Shown here: one piece after another, positions 1 through 13,560 of the stretch | Layout: each line of letters starts with the position of its first letter | Position numbering within the stretch: position 1 is the stretch's first letter | Assembly: GCA_051294375.1 (NCBI GenBank) | Contig: CM119266.1 | Span: forward strand, 21,403,987-21,467,986 | Length of the DNA: 64,000 nt | Direction of reading: 5' to 3' | DNA from: Paraspadella gotoi | Taxonomy: Eukaryota > Animalia > Chaetognatha | Program-made: the position numbers and the translations under genes | The notes under the pieces: generated by a model | Told to the model about the DNA's origin: nothing | Databases searched by the model: none | What the model saw: the letters and a program-made list of their open reading frames with translations, nothing else

Positions 1-770
1 TTTCGTCGAAAATCTAGGGAATCGAAATTCGATTTTCGTTCAGGGATAGATATTTCCAGAGGATAAATATTTCATCGAGGAGATTAGTTTCGGAATTAAT
101 GTGAAAAAGATTTCCAACGAGATTTGAATTCGTGAGCGGCGGCTGAGGTTCGCACTCCCGTTAACTTTGTCGGAAAATAATAAGGAATTTGGACGGTGTT
201 TCTCTTTTCACGTCATAACATCGTCATTAATTTAAATTCATGATGAGTTAGAGAAAGTGATTCTTCTTTGCACCACTCATTCGTATGTTTTCGTCTCCAC
301 CTCCCCCCCCCAAAAAAAAGAAAAAAAATTGGGTCATCCAGACTGGGACGTGAATAAACGAGGCGAAAATATTTCATTTCTTATTGAAACGAAAGACGAA
401 TTCGACCCGTTTATCCAATCGCGAAAGTGACAGGAGGAAAAAAAAACCCATTCGTGAGCTGATGCGGTTTTGATGGATGAGATCGAAGAAGGTTTTTTTT
501 ATTTGTTTTTTCGTCTTTGTTTCGCCAGGAAAAAAAATCGTTCATGTAAAATAGAAATAAAAAAAATAATCTCCCTTCCTTATCTTCGACTTCACAACCA
601 TCTCACCAAACCCCCCCTCGGGCAGAAACAACAACGACAACCAAAAAAAAACAACGCCAACCACACCGACAACGAAAACAACTAGAACCGAAATCTCCCC
701 CCCCCTTCACCCCTCTCAATTCCCCCAACTTATCCCCCCCCCCCAGAAACCGAGAACCCCCTTCGCCCAC

Positions 771-1050
771 CTGTTCGTCGATCCTCCGAGTCTGTTCCTC
801 AGCTTCGTCGTCTTCGTCGTCGTCGTCGTCGTCGATCTCGTCGTCGCCGACGTCGTCCGTCTCCAGGTGAACCTCGATGGCGTCGATGCAGCGGCGAAGG
901 CTCTCGAGTCGGGCTCTGGCCAGATCGACGGGCGTCTCGACGGAATCGAGGGTCGTCTTCCTCCGCAGCCTCGTCGCGTGAGAGGGTCGGGGATCGGAGA
1001 GCCAATCGGCGAAGTCGGGATCGATCCGGGGATGACGGGGATTGGCGAAG

Positions 1051-1082
<32 letters not shown>

Positions 1083-1950
1083 AGAGGAGACGCGCGGATG
1101 ATGAGGCGGGCGAAGGTGAGAGGGCGGGTGGAAGGAATCGTGGAGGGATGCATCGTTTTGGATGAAGGAGGGTTGGTGGCGATGATGAAGCGGGTCGTCG
1201 ACGGGTGGGCGTGTAAGGAGATGGGGAGAGTCGTGTCGAGGGCTGTCGGCAAGGAGATCGTGGCGACTGGGGTGCGCGGGTCGATCGATGTGGTCGTTGC
1301 TTTGGTTGAGGTGTTGGTTGTGGAGAAAGAGATGGTTGGACCGAGCTCGAGGCGAATAAGAAGAGAAGTTTTGAGTGCGAGGGGAATGAGGGAAGGTGGA
1401 AAAAGAGGAAGGTGGGTCGTTAGAAAAGTATGAAAGATGCGATCCGTTGGAGTGGGGAAGTGAGGAAAAGGGTAAGGACGAAGAAGTTATCGAATTCCGC
1501 GGCGTCGTCGATTCGGTCCTCAAGGGCGAAGGAAGTTTAGTGGACAACGACGCGGAATACGGAGAGAGCGGGTCGGGATGGAAAGGGGCGTAGCTTCGTT
1601 CGAGCGGAGTTTGGGAGTTCGAGTTAAAGAGGGCGCTAGGGTCGGGGTTGTAATGAGAGAAGCCGCGACGAGGTTGTGGGGGAGAGGCTGGAATGTAAGA
1701 CCTTCTTCGCTGTGAAGGGGAAGAAGGAGTCGTGGTCAAGAAGCGGTCGAAGTGGAGAGAGTTGCGGACGGAGTTGTGGTCGAGGTTGTGGTCGGAAGAG
1801 CGATGCCCCGGCAGGTGGGAGGATCGAGAGTTGTGGTGGTCGGAGTTGTGGTCGAAGTTGTGGTCGGAAAAGCGATGCCCCGGTAGGTGGGAGGATCGAG
1901 CGTTGGCGCCGGCCTTGTCTCGATGGGGATTCATCTCCGGAGGAGTCGTC
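771..1950 (-). CDS. Probable coding exon of an unidentified Ser/Pro/His-rich low-complexity protein; the gene likely continues off the left edge
   Basis: 443-codon ORF (603-1934) in a GC-rich island. Plausible donor CAG|GTGGGC at 771/770. Contains a duplicated ~24-aa unit (SSHLPGHRxSDHNxDHN), an amphipathic helix (LESLRRCIDAIEVHLE) and an acidic tract. No family recognised; the 5' boundary is uncertain. Confidence 0.5.
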
Positions 1951-2163
1951 CTTGGACGGATTCCAATAAAATTTTAAATAGCTATAAAAGTTATCTATTT
2001 TAGTTACTACGTATTATTTATTTCTGGTGATCAAGACCTCGATAAAGGCGACTGGACTAATGTCTTCTGATTTTATCAACGCGTTAACTGATACACATTG
2101 AGGTGATCTGTAACCAAACCGACCGAATCGATGGTGACCTTCATTGAGGGAAAGAAGAAGGGT

Positions 2164-2275
<112 letters not shown>

Positions 2276-3100
2276 GAGAGATAAAATCACCTAAATTTAT
2301 CTTCGGTTTTTAGGTTTTTTTATTGATTTTTGTTTGCCGTGGATCGCTGACGTTGATTCGAACCATTTTTTTATGAGTTCAGCCCCAAAAAATTTTTTCT
2401 TTTTTTTCTTTTTCTTTCTTTTTCTTCTTTCATGAACGAAATTGCAAAAGATGAGCTTCGTTCCGAACAGAACCCGAAATATATTTTTCCTCGAGGCCAT
2501 AACATTCGCTTTGAATTACGGTTGTTTAATGTTGTTTGTACATTTGATTTTTTGGGGCCACTTTTTGTTATGAAAAAGAGCTGAAAATGTCGGCATTTGT
2601 AGATAAATGATAGCTTGCGTTAAATACTGCTGATACACATACTAAGCGCAGAATTGTCGAAATATTATTTTGCAATGTAATAATAATATAAGACGTTACC
2701 TTAAATCCTTTTTTTCTATATCCCTTCTCCAACTTTTGAAAACAAAAGCTAAACACAACCAGAAGTCCGTTTAAAAAAAAAAACATGAAATGGATCTCTC
2801 TCCTTCACTCATGGGGTTTCCGAGGCTCTTTGTAAGCTCCTCGCATTTCTCTCTCTCGATGATAGAAATAAATTTGTTTTTTGTGAAAATGTTGTAAATG
2901 ACGTTAAGTACGATGGGATTTAAACAGGGAATGATTTTACATTTATACCTTATACCAAAGCCTGTCCAATGTCATGGGCAAGATAGCTTATTTAATAAAT
3001 GAGTTGATAATTTTTATATTGGTTGTACCAAGTTCATATTTCATATTATAATTCATTATTTTAGAGGTTTATTCAAGAAACATACTGTTCAGAAAAGGAG

Positions 3101-3187
<87 letters not shown>

Positions 3188-3314
3188 AAAGAAACAATAC
3201 ACTTATTCCCCATTCCATTAGATTTTTAACGCTGCTTTTCCAATGAAAATGTTATTCATAAAAAAATATTCACATTTTTCGGGCAAAATTTTAAAGCAAT
3301 TTTATTTTCTTCTA

Positions 3315-3803
3315 ATTCTGCGTTGTGATTTTGTGACTATATTTTGTGTTAGAATCTCTCAATGCCGTTGCCCACACAAGATTCCGAACTTCGATCGGGC
3401 TGTAGTCCGTCACTACAGGTGAGTTAGAAGCCCCGTCCCGCTTTTTCTTGTGTGAATGATCATGGCGCGAACCCCAGTTATTTGGGTTAGGAGGAGCTCG
3501 GGCGCTATAGGTGTTGCTGATTCTCGGACGAGTAGCGGGGTATGAAATACTACCGCTACAAGATTTTATTTATTCCTTTGCACGCGCAAATAGCAACATC
3601 CGCTAATCAAAAAAATGAACAAAACAGCCGAAGAAGACTTAGTACCTAGAGGTGTCGCCCCGGAACATGGTCCGCTGCTGTCGATCGCCTGTCGGAAGCG
3701 GCCTGTCGCGAGGCAGATGCCTGACGTCAACATCGAGCGGCGGTCGGGACTTTGACGCGGACAAGGCGTTGGGCGAGTCTTCAAGGCGAGATGGTCGCGA
3801 CAT
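3315..3803 (-). CDS. Possible small two-exon ORF or upstream exons (MSRPSRLEDSPNALS...)
   Basis: ATG near 3803 reads open to AG|GTACT (~3647). A TGTAG acceptor near 3557 continues an open frame of ~80 codons in matching phase. GC-rich island, no recognisable homology. Confidence 0.25.
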
Positions 3804-4510
3804 GATGAAGGCGCGATTGGGGGTTATCGTTGTTTTTAAAATTCTTTGCCGTGAAATATCATTTTTTTTATTATTTTTTTAAAGCTAATTTTATTTCTCA
3901 TTTTTTAAAATTTTTCTTAGTTTTAATAATTGACTTTTTTTCAGTTTCCGTTAGAGCTTGTAAACTTTGTTTTCTTTTGGCTCTCTCTGTTTTATGCCCC
4001 CCGCCAATCGAAATTAAGAATTTTAATTAAAAAAAGCGAAGATTTTTAAGGCCTTTTTTTTTAAAACCGAGATCGCGTTTCACGGGAAGGTCACGGCGTT
4101 CGACTGACGTTTCAGGTAAAAAACTGCTTCTTTCGCCGGTTGGGCTTCATGTGATTTGTTGGGCTTTTCGCCGGTTGGGCTTCAGGATGATTAACACGTG
4201 ACCACAATCTCGATCAGCTAGTTTATCTCCATCGTTATCATTCAATAAGTAAAAAGAATTATCAATTTTCCTTTTAATTCGTTTCATTTGTAAAGTAATT
4301 GATTTGTTTAATTAAAAAATTACACCAATAAGTTTTGTGATTCCATTTAGATTAGAAAAAATCCCTTCCATGTTTATTTAAACACACTTTAACAATTAAC
4401 TATTTCTTCCCGTGTCACAAACGTCAATAAACATTATATAATCCAAAAATAGACAAATGATTATATTTAGAATAATTCGCAGGAGATGATGATCGACGCA
4501 GGTCACGTGA

Positions 4511-4852
4511 TCAAGCCATGACCGGATCCGGCGAGGGCGAATCCTCTCGGCGCCGGAAGACGTTGACGTTGTTCTTGAGCCAAGTTTTGGTGGCGGAGGC
4601 GCGCAGTTTTTTCGAGTTATCGCCGTCGAGGGCGAAGCCCAACTCCGACATCCGATCGACGACATGCTCCAAGGGACGACTTGTTCACGGTGGCTCAGGC
4701 CGCCCTGACCCACTTGGCCCAGGAGATGCACGAGACCTTCTTTGGCGTGACGGACCAAATTGTCGAGGTATATTCTGGAGAAAAAAAATTTACGATACCG
4801 GGTGAAAATTTCCCTTTTGTTTTTTATAATGCGAGTATAATTGTACTTAATA

Positions 4853-4910
<58 letters not shown>

Positions 4911-4944
4911 AATACAATTCATAATACAATCAATACAATTAATT

Positions 4945-4996
<52 letters not shown>

Positions 4997-5054
4997 CCTC
5001 TCTCTCTTAATACAATTCATAATACAATTCAATACAATTCTACTCCTTTCTCTC

Positions 5055-5130
<76 letters not shown>

Positions 5131-6047
5131 CTTCACCCACTTCTCATATTGTCTCGGAATGTGTTCGGCGACTTCGAGACTGAGGACCCATCGAAGACAG
5201 GAAGGCCGAAGGCGGGGACGGTCAATCAAGATGACGAACGGTTTCATCTGAAGTTGCTCCACGAAGGGCGCTCCGTCAAAGGCCGTGTAGGACTTCAAGA
5301 GACCCGTCTTGTCGAGCGCGCGTTTGTAGAGGCCGGGGCCGTCGCCGAAGCTGCCGACCGCTTGCCTAAAGAAGAAATAAGGACAAAATGAATAAATGAT
5401 TATAAAAAATGTATGAAAGGTGCAAAACTCATTGTTTTACTAAATTAAACAAATTTGGAAAGAAATAATTATATAACGTTAAAAATATATCGAATATATT
5501 TTAAATCAATAAACTTAATATATTTACATTTAAATTGAGAGAGGGATGTGAGTGTTGTTTTCTAGAAATAGAGGGCACATCTACCCAACACGAGGTTAAA
5601 ACCATGTTCACTTGTTCAGCCCTAAGTTTCTAATTAAATATTAAACTTCGTTCTTGTCAGGAAGTCATTTATTGCAATATAAAAATATATAAATGGAATT
5701 TAGGTTACGTATGATCGGTCCTGCTGAATTTATTACAGATTTAACCAAAAAAATTGTAAATCCGTTTCACCGGTGAAAAAAGTAGCAAGTTGAGCGATGA
5801 GTTTATAATCGGTCGAGTGTTGCCGACTCTCGGATTTTCCCGCCTCTTTGCACCAACCGCCCAAACTGCTCACGCTCGTCTCCTTATTCGCCTCCTTTTT
5901 CTCTTTGTTGTCTTTGTTTTCTTTCTTCTCTTTATTATTGTCTTCTAATCGGCACTGATACTGCATGTAGTCCTTGGCGAGAGCGTTGGCTTTCGCCGAC
6001 AACTCGTCCCGTTGTTTCTGGATGAGTTTAAAGACAATTTTTGACAA
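4511..6047 (-). CDS. Class I SAM-dependent methyltransferase-domain protein, at least 3 exons (~6047-5771, 5365-5141, 4774-4511), frameshifted in this assembly; N-terminus unresolved
   Basis: Reconstructed reading: coiled-coil segment, GGWCK...HSTDYKLIAQLATFFTG | VGSFGDGPGLYKR (motif I) ... YTAFDGAPFVE ... DWVLSLEVAEHIPRQYEK | IYLDNLVRHAKEGLVISWA..GQGGLSHVN...WLKNNVNVFRR...TGA at 4513-4511. GT-AG introns; the second junction has matching phase. About 7-8 single-base indels are needed to restore the frame. Confidence 0.85.
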
Positions 6048-6789
6048 GAAATTGTGTATTTATGTTTTTTATGTATTTATAACTGTCTTATAGTTTGTAG
6101 TACGATTAGCAGAGTTCTTAATGAGGAAGAGGTAGATCTAGTTTCGGTTCGATTTTTTATCGTAGCTTGACGGCGAAGCCGGGTCAGGCTCTATAATGTT
6201 TTAGGGTTGCTTCTTTGTGACGTAGTCGTCGTCGTTCGTCGTCGTCGTTCGTCACGCTGTTTTGTATTATAAAAACTACTACGCTTTTATAGGTTTGGCG
6301 TGACTTACCGTTTTTTTTAAAATATAAAATATTATGAATTATGATAAAGTTTTACAAAAGTGTGCAATCATAGTAAGTTAAAAATTTAGATATGGCTTTT
6401 CATCTTGAAATAGCTGTGATATTTTCATATTACATTTGGATTTAAGTATTTTTTGTTTGGAATTTCCACGTTGCAATTGAATGATTTATGCATGCAATAT
6501 GCAATAATATGAGAAATGCTTTAATCTAATTTAAATATTGCAGTATATATAATATTGAAGATGAAATTCAAAAAAAATTTTTTAAATTTTAATAAAATGG
6601 GAACTCAAAGGATTTTTTAATGAGAAGCTATATCTTAATTTTAATACAAATAAAAATAAAATCTCGTTTACGAAGCTGGCGATTGGGAAAAAAATTGCGA
6701 AAAAATTCACATTGTAAACATATTGTAACATATTTTTGCCTTTCTTATTTCTTTAAAATTATTATAGTATATTTTTTTTCTTTTTCTTT

Positions 6790-7450
6790 TTCAGGCTCTG
6801 CAGTGACTGTACAGCGGCCTTCCAGCAGCTGTCCAGCTTTATCTCTCTTTCTCTCTTTTTCTCTGTACGATCTCATGCCTGATCGTTCGTTTTTGAAAAA
6901 TTCTGATTATTTTTTCCTTTCTTAAAACTTTTATTATCGCATATTATTCCGCGCTTTTTTTTTCAATACAAAATCCTAATTTACATCCCGAGATTTTCCT
7001 GGATACAATTTAGAAAAAATGTGAAGAATACTTATAACGAGTTCCGCCTACTGCCAGCGTCCTGTTCAGCTTTTCTTCTCTCTCTCTCTCTATCTCTCTC
7101 TCTCTCTCTCTCGTCTCTCTCTCTCTCTCTCTCTTTTCTCCTCTTCTCGCCTTCTCTCTCTCTCTCTCTCTTCCTATTTTTTTTAGTCACTTTTTTTTTC
7201 ACTTGACCGTCACTGGTGACGAGGGTAAATGACGTAAACGAGTTCCGCCTCTGCAGCGTCTGTTCAGCTTTCTCTCTCTCCTCTTCTCTTTCTCTCCTTT
7301 GCGTGATCGGTTCGTTTTTTAAAAAAATTATGATTATTTTTTTACTTCTAAAAACTTTTATTATCGCCATTTATTCTCGATACAAAATCCCAAATTTACA
7401 TCCAAGATTTTCGTGGATACATTTGAGAAAAAAAAGTGAATAATAACTTA
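6790..7450. repeat. Local imperfect direct repeats (units near 6800-7040 and 7240-7450; fragments at 7040 and 7870-7960)
   Basis: Shared blocks CTCTGCAG, TGATCG(G)TTCGTTTTT, AAAACTTTTTATTATCGC and ATACAAAATCC...TTTACATCC..GATTTTC.TGGATACA recur. Confidence 0.7.
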
Positions 7451-8014
7451 TAATGCCATGCATGTCACATGAGTTCTGCTAATGTGAGAGGTAGGCAATA
7501 GCTTCCTTAATAAAGAACAATAAAATTTCATTCAAGATTAAAATTTAAAATGAGGAAATTAAAATTTTTTTTTGATAAGTAATAATATTGGAAGTCAAAA
7601 TATCATAGTATTTTCAACTATATATTTTGTTAATGAGAGATTATAATTTTTTGACCGTTATTATGAAAATAGTTTAGCCTTATAGCGACGAGTTCATTTC
7701 ATACAATCAATATCAATCTCATTAATTTTCAATAATATGCGCAAAAATAAGGTTTTCAACCTCATTTTGAACTAGATGAAGAAAAGACTTCAGTCTTATT
7801 TCAATTGAAAAAATAAAAATAGTTAAGTTGCTTGGCTAATCACACTCTATAAAACAATTTTATTTTTATCACGCCACTTTTTTCTTAATACAAAATCCCA
7901 AATTTATTTCCGAGATTTCGTGGATTTTTATTTTTTTCCTTCTAAAAACTTTATTATTATTTTATTATTCTCTCTATATTTCTCTCTCAATCAACACTAG
8001 TGTCTGCTCTCTCG

Positions 8015-8050
<36 letters not shown>

Positions 8051-8089
8051 TCTCTCTCTAATTAACTCATCAAGGTCATACAGTGCGCA

Positions 8090-8370
8090 CATGAATGACT
8101 ACATCGCATCAATGAGATGACTATAGTCGCATCGAGGATATGGAAACTAGATTGCATCGAGCATCAATGAGATGGATACATGCGATGCAATGACGAGGAC
8201 GGTAGTCATCGCTATCATGCAGAAGCGGGATTAGTGCATGCATCGAGATCAAGTTCGAGACTATCATCGCGATCCATTCCATGCGTTATCATGCGCACTT
8301 CAAGTCCCGTCGGTACATGCGCGATCAATATGTTGCTATCACGCATTTCATATTTGTGTATGCATCGAGA
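8090..8370. repeat. Degenerate ~20-22 bp minisatellite (GACTAyAkTCGCATCrAkGA-like)
   Basis: Recurrent GCATCGAG/GCATCAATGAGAT/GACTA blocks. Confidence 0.55.
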
Positions 8371-8939
8371 AAGTAGGCTCGGATTCCTTCATGCTTTTAA
8401 GATTTTTTATAGAAATTTACCTTTAGAACAAAGGCGATTAGAAATCGTTCGCGTGATTCTTCTTCTCTCGCTTTAAATCTTCAAAGTAATTCTGAAAATT
8501 TAGATATAATGGAAGTTCTGTTCATGGTAACTGTTTAATTTCCATGTAGCATTCTGCCGTTTTTACGGTTCTCACCCTCCCACGTTTTCTGAAAATAAAT
8601 AACTGACCATGACAATAATACTGTAAAACAGATAGTAGAATGCAAGGCTTCATTATTATGAAACTAATGAATCATGCTAAAAAGCTTTTTATTAAACTTC
8701 TTTGCTCATACACAAACTATTTTGAGTAAGTTAGTAGCAAGGTTGAGCTTGTTCGTAATTTTAGGCGCCTACAAAAAATGATGAAACTTTTTTTCGAACT
8801 TTGCAGAAATTACATCGTAAATATAATATTACTCACTCGTAGAATAGTGTGACAAAATGCAAAGGTAGTTAAGATGATGATGCCAACTACGAAGTAGCAA
8901 TGAAACCGCTTGGTAAAACGACCACTGGAAAAGATAAAT

Positions 8940-9240
8940 TACAATTTTATGAAATTGGTACAACCAATATAAAAAATATCCATTCATTTAATAAATAAGC
9001 TATCTTGTCCCTGACTTTGGACAGGCTTTGGTGGTTTAAGGCCTCCATCACACTTACAAGATAATAACATAGCAGGATTCTGTAAGCTTTCAATCAAGAC
9101 TCTCTCACAGTCTTATTTATTCACTCCCAGTGAACCTGGCTTCCCTATCAATGAAGTGGTATAATATTTCAAAGAAAGTTTCAATTGTATGAAAAGACCA
9201 CTCCCTTATATGAAATTGGTACAACCAATATAAAAATTAC
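8940..9240 (+). repeat. Dispersed repeat family (other copies or fragments at ~2955-3040 -, 10069-10367 +, ~12730-12810 -, 14540-14960 -)
   Basis: The shared sequence AAGCTATCTTGTCCCTGACTTTGGACAGGCTTTG...GAACCTGGCTTCCCTATCAATGAAGTGGTATAATATTTCAAAGAA...GAAAAGACCACTCCCTTA is found directly or as reverse complement. Confidence 0.85.
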
Positions 9241-12200
9241 AATTATAAATAAACAAAAGATTGGTTTATTTCGTTTTTTCTAGATGCAGTATTTGTTTTC
9301 TTATTAGGTTACCGGGAATATTTTCGTTTCAAAGAGAGAAAAGAAAAGTACAGAATACCAATTTGAAGTTTAACATTTCCCTATTAATGCTCTTGTTTTG
9401 TGATTCATTTCTACGATTTATCTCGATACGATTAGTTCAATTTTAAGTCTAGTGATAGTCATTTTTGATCATTGTCTAATCTACTGTCCAATTTGCTGTT
9501 TTCTAAATTGCATTATGTAAAATCACTGTGGCCCATGGTCTTCGGAAAATTTTAGTTTGGACGAACAACGATTTTATTTAAAAAATAAATACAAATACAA
9601 ATACGTAGTGTTAGAGTTACAATTTAACAATTTAAGTAATGTTAAGTTACGTTATGTTAACTCATGTTTTCGGTTTGTATTCGAAATTTAACTAATGAAA
9701 ATTAAAACTGTAGCAAGACCAACCTGTGTCCCTTGGTCATGTTGAGGCCATGAACATTTGATGACAACTTTAATTTAATATTCAAAGTCTTTTTCTTTTT
9801 TACGTTTTTCTTTACGAAAACATTTTTTCCGGTTTTTTTGTCCTATACCCATCAAAGGTCAGTTGATCGGAAAATATCTGCTAAAAGTATAGGAGATCTT
9901 AAACTTCCCTTTCGTAGTATTCGCCGACCACTCTGAAAAATTTCATTTGAAATAAAGCTATTAGTGGTCGTATGGTACCATGTAAATCGTTAGATCTTCA
10001 AAACATGTTATTAATTTTTGTGTAATAAAGAGAAATATTTGTTAAAAAGTATAACGAANNNNNNNNNNGGTTTCTGCAAGCTTTCATTCAAGACTCTTTC
10101 ACAGTCTTGTTTATTCACTCCCAATGAACCTGGCTTCCCTATCAATGAAGTGGTATAATATTTCAAAGAATGTTTCAATTGTATGAAAAGACCACTCCCT
10201 TAAGTATTAGATCGGGGAATATTATCTTGTACTCCGCACTAGCATCAAAATACAAGGAACTGAATTTTATGAAATTAAATATTAGATTTGGAGTTTTGCG
10301 AAGATGCTTCTAATATTTATGATTATGTAGTTAATAGTTTGATTTTGTCTTTTTATGCCAATAATANNNNNNNNNNNNNNNNNNNNNNNNNGCCTTCACT
10401 GCTCATCTCTTTTTAAGGCACTCGCGGATCGGCCTCCGCGTGTCGCCTCTTTAAACCCGGCCTGCCGGCTTTTGTTAAAAAATATTATTTATAGTTTTGG
10501 TATTTGATATTAGGTTTTTTTAATATCAGAGAAATCGGTCATGAAAAAAAAATTTAAATGGAAGTAATTTTTGGCCAAGACATTTTGAGAGAGAGAGAGG
10601 GAGAGAGAGAAGAGAAAGAGAATAGAATGAAAGAGAAAAAAGAAATAGGAGATAAAGGATAAAGCTTCAAGAAAATACCTTAGGAAAAGAATGATTAATT
10701 GGAGAATAAGGACAGCTGGAGATAGAGCAGGGACAACAGATTTATTCTTATCATGACTTTAATTTAATTTTCTTTTTATTCACTCTTAAACTCGTGGGTC
10801 TGTACTTAAAAAGAATAGTAAAAATTTTTATATTTTCAACCTTAATGAAAAATTCATAGAAAGTTTAAACAATAGAACTAATCAATTCATACCTATGAAT
10901 AATTTATTATATAAAAATTGTATTATAGAATTTTTATGATATTAAGGCAATTTTTATGAGAATAATCATTTTCAGCGGCGGCAAGACATAAAATGAGGGG
11001 AGATACATTCATCGAGTACGTCGGACATTCTAAACGTGAATGCCTAGACACCTCTACAAAAGAAAATAAAAATAACGCCCATTTTTTAAAATACACAAAC
11101 AAAATGTTAAAAATGATGTTTTTTAACTACAGTCGTAGTAGAGTCTAAAAAATTATGATTCCAAGCAAGTTTTTTTTTTATTGAAGTTTTTTAAATTTTT
11201 TATAATCTTTTAGTATAAAATACAATGAGAAATATACTGCAACCACTGTGTGCTTCATTTTTTGTGTCAGAATTTCACGTCTTTCTCTATATCTCAATCA
11301 TTAGTCTACCTAGAAGAGAAAGCTTTAATTTCCTTTGCATAGTAACGCAATGTTTCATCAGCAGTCTCTCATTTGCATGTTAAATACAATAACTAAACGC
11401 TAAAGTTATTGTAAAAACAAGGAAACACATTGGGTAATTAGTAGTATGAAAAACTTATTCTGTGTCTGTATTATATAAAAAAAACTATTAGAAATGCTAT
11501 AACGCATACTATGTGGTTTAGATTAAAATAAACCGTAATTTTAAATTTACTTTGCAATAAATAACGTACAAATAAACAATGCTTTGGTGGAAAGCGGCTT
11601 TCCTCTCGTCGCTTTCCTTTTTCTTTTTTCTGGCTGCTCTTTCCACTCTCCTTCTTTTGTTTTCAAAAAAATCTTACCAATTATTTCATACTGCATGTTT
11701 TCTCATTCTTTCGGTTTAATAGCAGTAATTCATAAGTCAAATTTGTTGAATATTCATACTTATCGACCAAGATTTTGGCGGGGTATCGATGACCAAAAAA
11801 ACAGTGATATCATAAGCGTCAAGATCTATGCTCTAAGCAGATCAGCTCAAAAAAAAACTTTTCTTTAAAAGCCAAAAAAAGAATAAATAAAATAAATATA
11901 AAACAGACCAAAAAATAGACAGGAAATAAAAAGATTTAAAATTCATATCATAGAGATGGCTTTGGCCTTGCACGACTTGATTATTATTTAAAAACTATTA
12001 ATTCTTTAATTTAAATTTTTATTGGTTCAGTTCCTTTCTATTGGTTCGGTCCTGTCTATCTATTTCTTGTTTCCCTTTACCGTTCCCTTTCGTGCCTCTT
12101 GGCCTCTGCCATTTACCTGTGCGCCTTTATTCTTTAATTACCATAATTCATAATTTTGTTTTCAGGGCAATGGTATTAGATTGCCGAAAGATTCTTGCAA

Positions 12201-12954
12201 GCTTTTCTACAAATGCCTAAAAGTAATGTTAAAATATAATAGAAAAAGACTTGACAAGAAATATTAGCCCATTTTTGTCTTTTTCATATTAATTTAATTT
12301 ATTTTAATTAAATAACTTACTCTCTCGACCTTCTCAGCTTCTTCTTTTCCTTTTCTTTCCCCTTTTTTGCTGCCTTTTCTTCAGCCATACCTCTTTCTCA
12401 TTCTTTTTTTCTCTCTCTTAGTCTCTCTTTATATTTATATATATATATAGATATACTATATTTATATTTATATCTGGCTATGCTTTTTTCTCTCTGTCTT
12501 GCTCTCATCTTTTTGCATCCTCTATTTTGGCGCTCTCCTCTGTCCACACTGCTTCCTTCTCTCCCTCTTCTATTTTGAATTATATTGTTTTTCATCATCT
12601 AGCAATATTGCACATTCATTTTTTTGAAAATTGTTTTTTCACCGTTTTTTTTGAGCTGGTGTTTTTTATTATTTTGCTTTATATTATTTTAATATTTTAA
12701 TATGATAATACTATTGTTTTAATTAAAGATTTCCAAAGTCAGGAACAAGAATAATTATTATACTGAAAAAAATGGATAATTGTTTACAGTGTTTGTACCA
12801 ATTTTATGATTTGTTTTATAAATAAATTGATAATATAGAATTGTTAATATAAAAATAAAAACTGTAATAATGTTAAAAAGTAATATAAATTAAACAAATA
12901 CCAAAATAATAAAAATAATAACAAGTTAAAAATAATACAATGTTAAAAAGAAGG

Positions 12955-13560
12955 AGGCAAAGTTAAAAAAATTAGGCAGCTAAAAAAAATGATGCCTAAT
13001 TCTAAAAAAATGATGCAGTTAAACAAACAATGCAGAATCAAAGAATATTTACAAATTGAAGAAAATGTGAGTTGAAAATGAAGAAGTTTCAAAAAAATAC
13101 ATTCAAAGCAAATTAAAAAATATATGGTGAAATGTAAAAAATGAAATGAATTAAAAAATAGGATGCAAAGTTTAAAAAAATGATACAATTGTAACAAAAA
13201 TATGCAAGTTAAAAATGAAGGCTAGTTTAATAAAAATGATACAAGTTAAAAAAAAATGATTCAAGATGAAAACATGATTCAAGTAAAAAATAAATGCGAA
13301 ATTGAAAATACTATTACAAATTAAAAAAAATAATGCAATTCAAAAAAATGATATAGGTTAACGAAAAATAATGCAATTAACAAAAATTAATTCAAGTTAT
13401 AATAATATAAGATAAAAAAATAATGCATTTAAAAAATAATGGGCCAGTTTGAAAAATGATGCCGAGTTAAAATAATAATGCAAAATCAAAAAAAGGTGCA
13501 AGTTTAAAATGACGCAAGATAAAAAACAATTATTGATTAATAAAATGAATAAAGTTAAAA
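12955..13560 (+). repeat. A-rich degenerate minisatellite, ~20 bp unit AAAAAATGATGCAAGTT
   Basis: Roughly 30 consecutive variants of AAAAAAATrATrCArkTT. Confidence 0.8.

Noticed and set aside
716-1977. Overlapping alternative-frame and antisense ORFs over the 603-1934 ORF
   Set aside because: They are expected shadows of a GC-rich low-complexity exon.
6048-6240. In-frame TAA/TAG codons upstream of the methyltransferase frame, suggesting stop-codon reassignment
   Set aside because: The 443-codon sialyltransferase and other long ORFs contain no internal TAA/TAG; local sequence error or non-coding DNA explains it.
10414-10435. TAAGGCAC seed resembling miR-124
   Set aside because: The match ends after the seed and no precursor hairpin is evident.
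11320-11370. CTGATGA...GAAA on the minus strand
   Set aside because: Extra unpaired bases flank helix II, and no UH triplet or helix I is present.
12955-13560. Regularly spaced repeats resembling a CRISPR array
   Set aside because: The units are degenerate and contiguous, with no unique spacers, no cas genes and a eukaryotic context.
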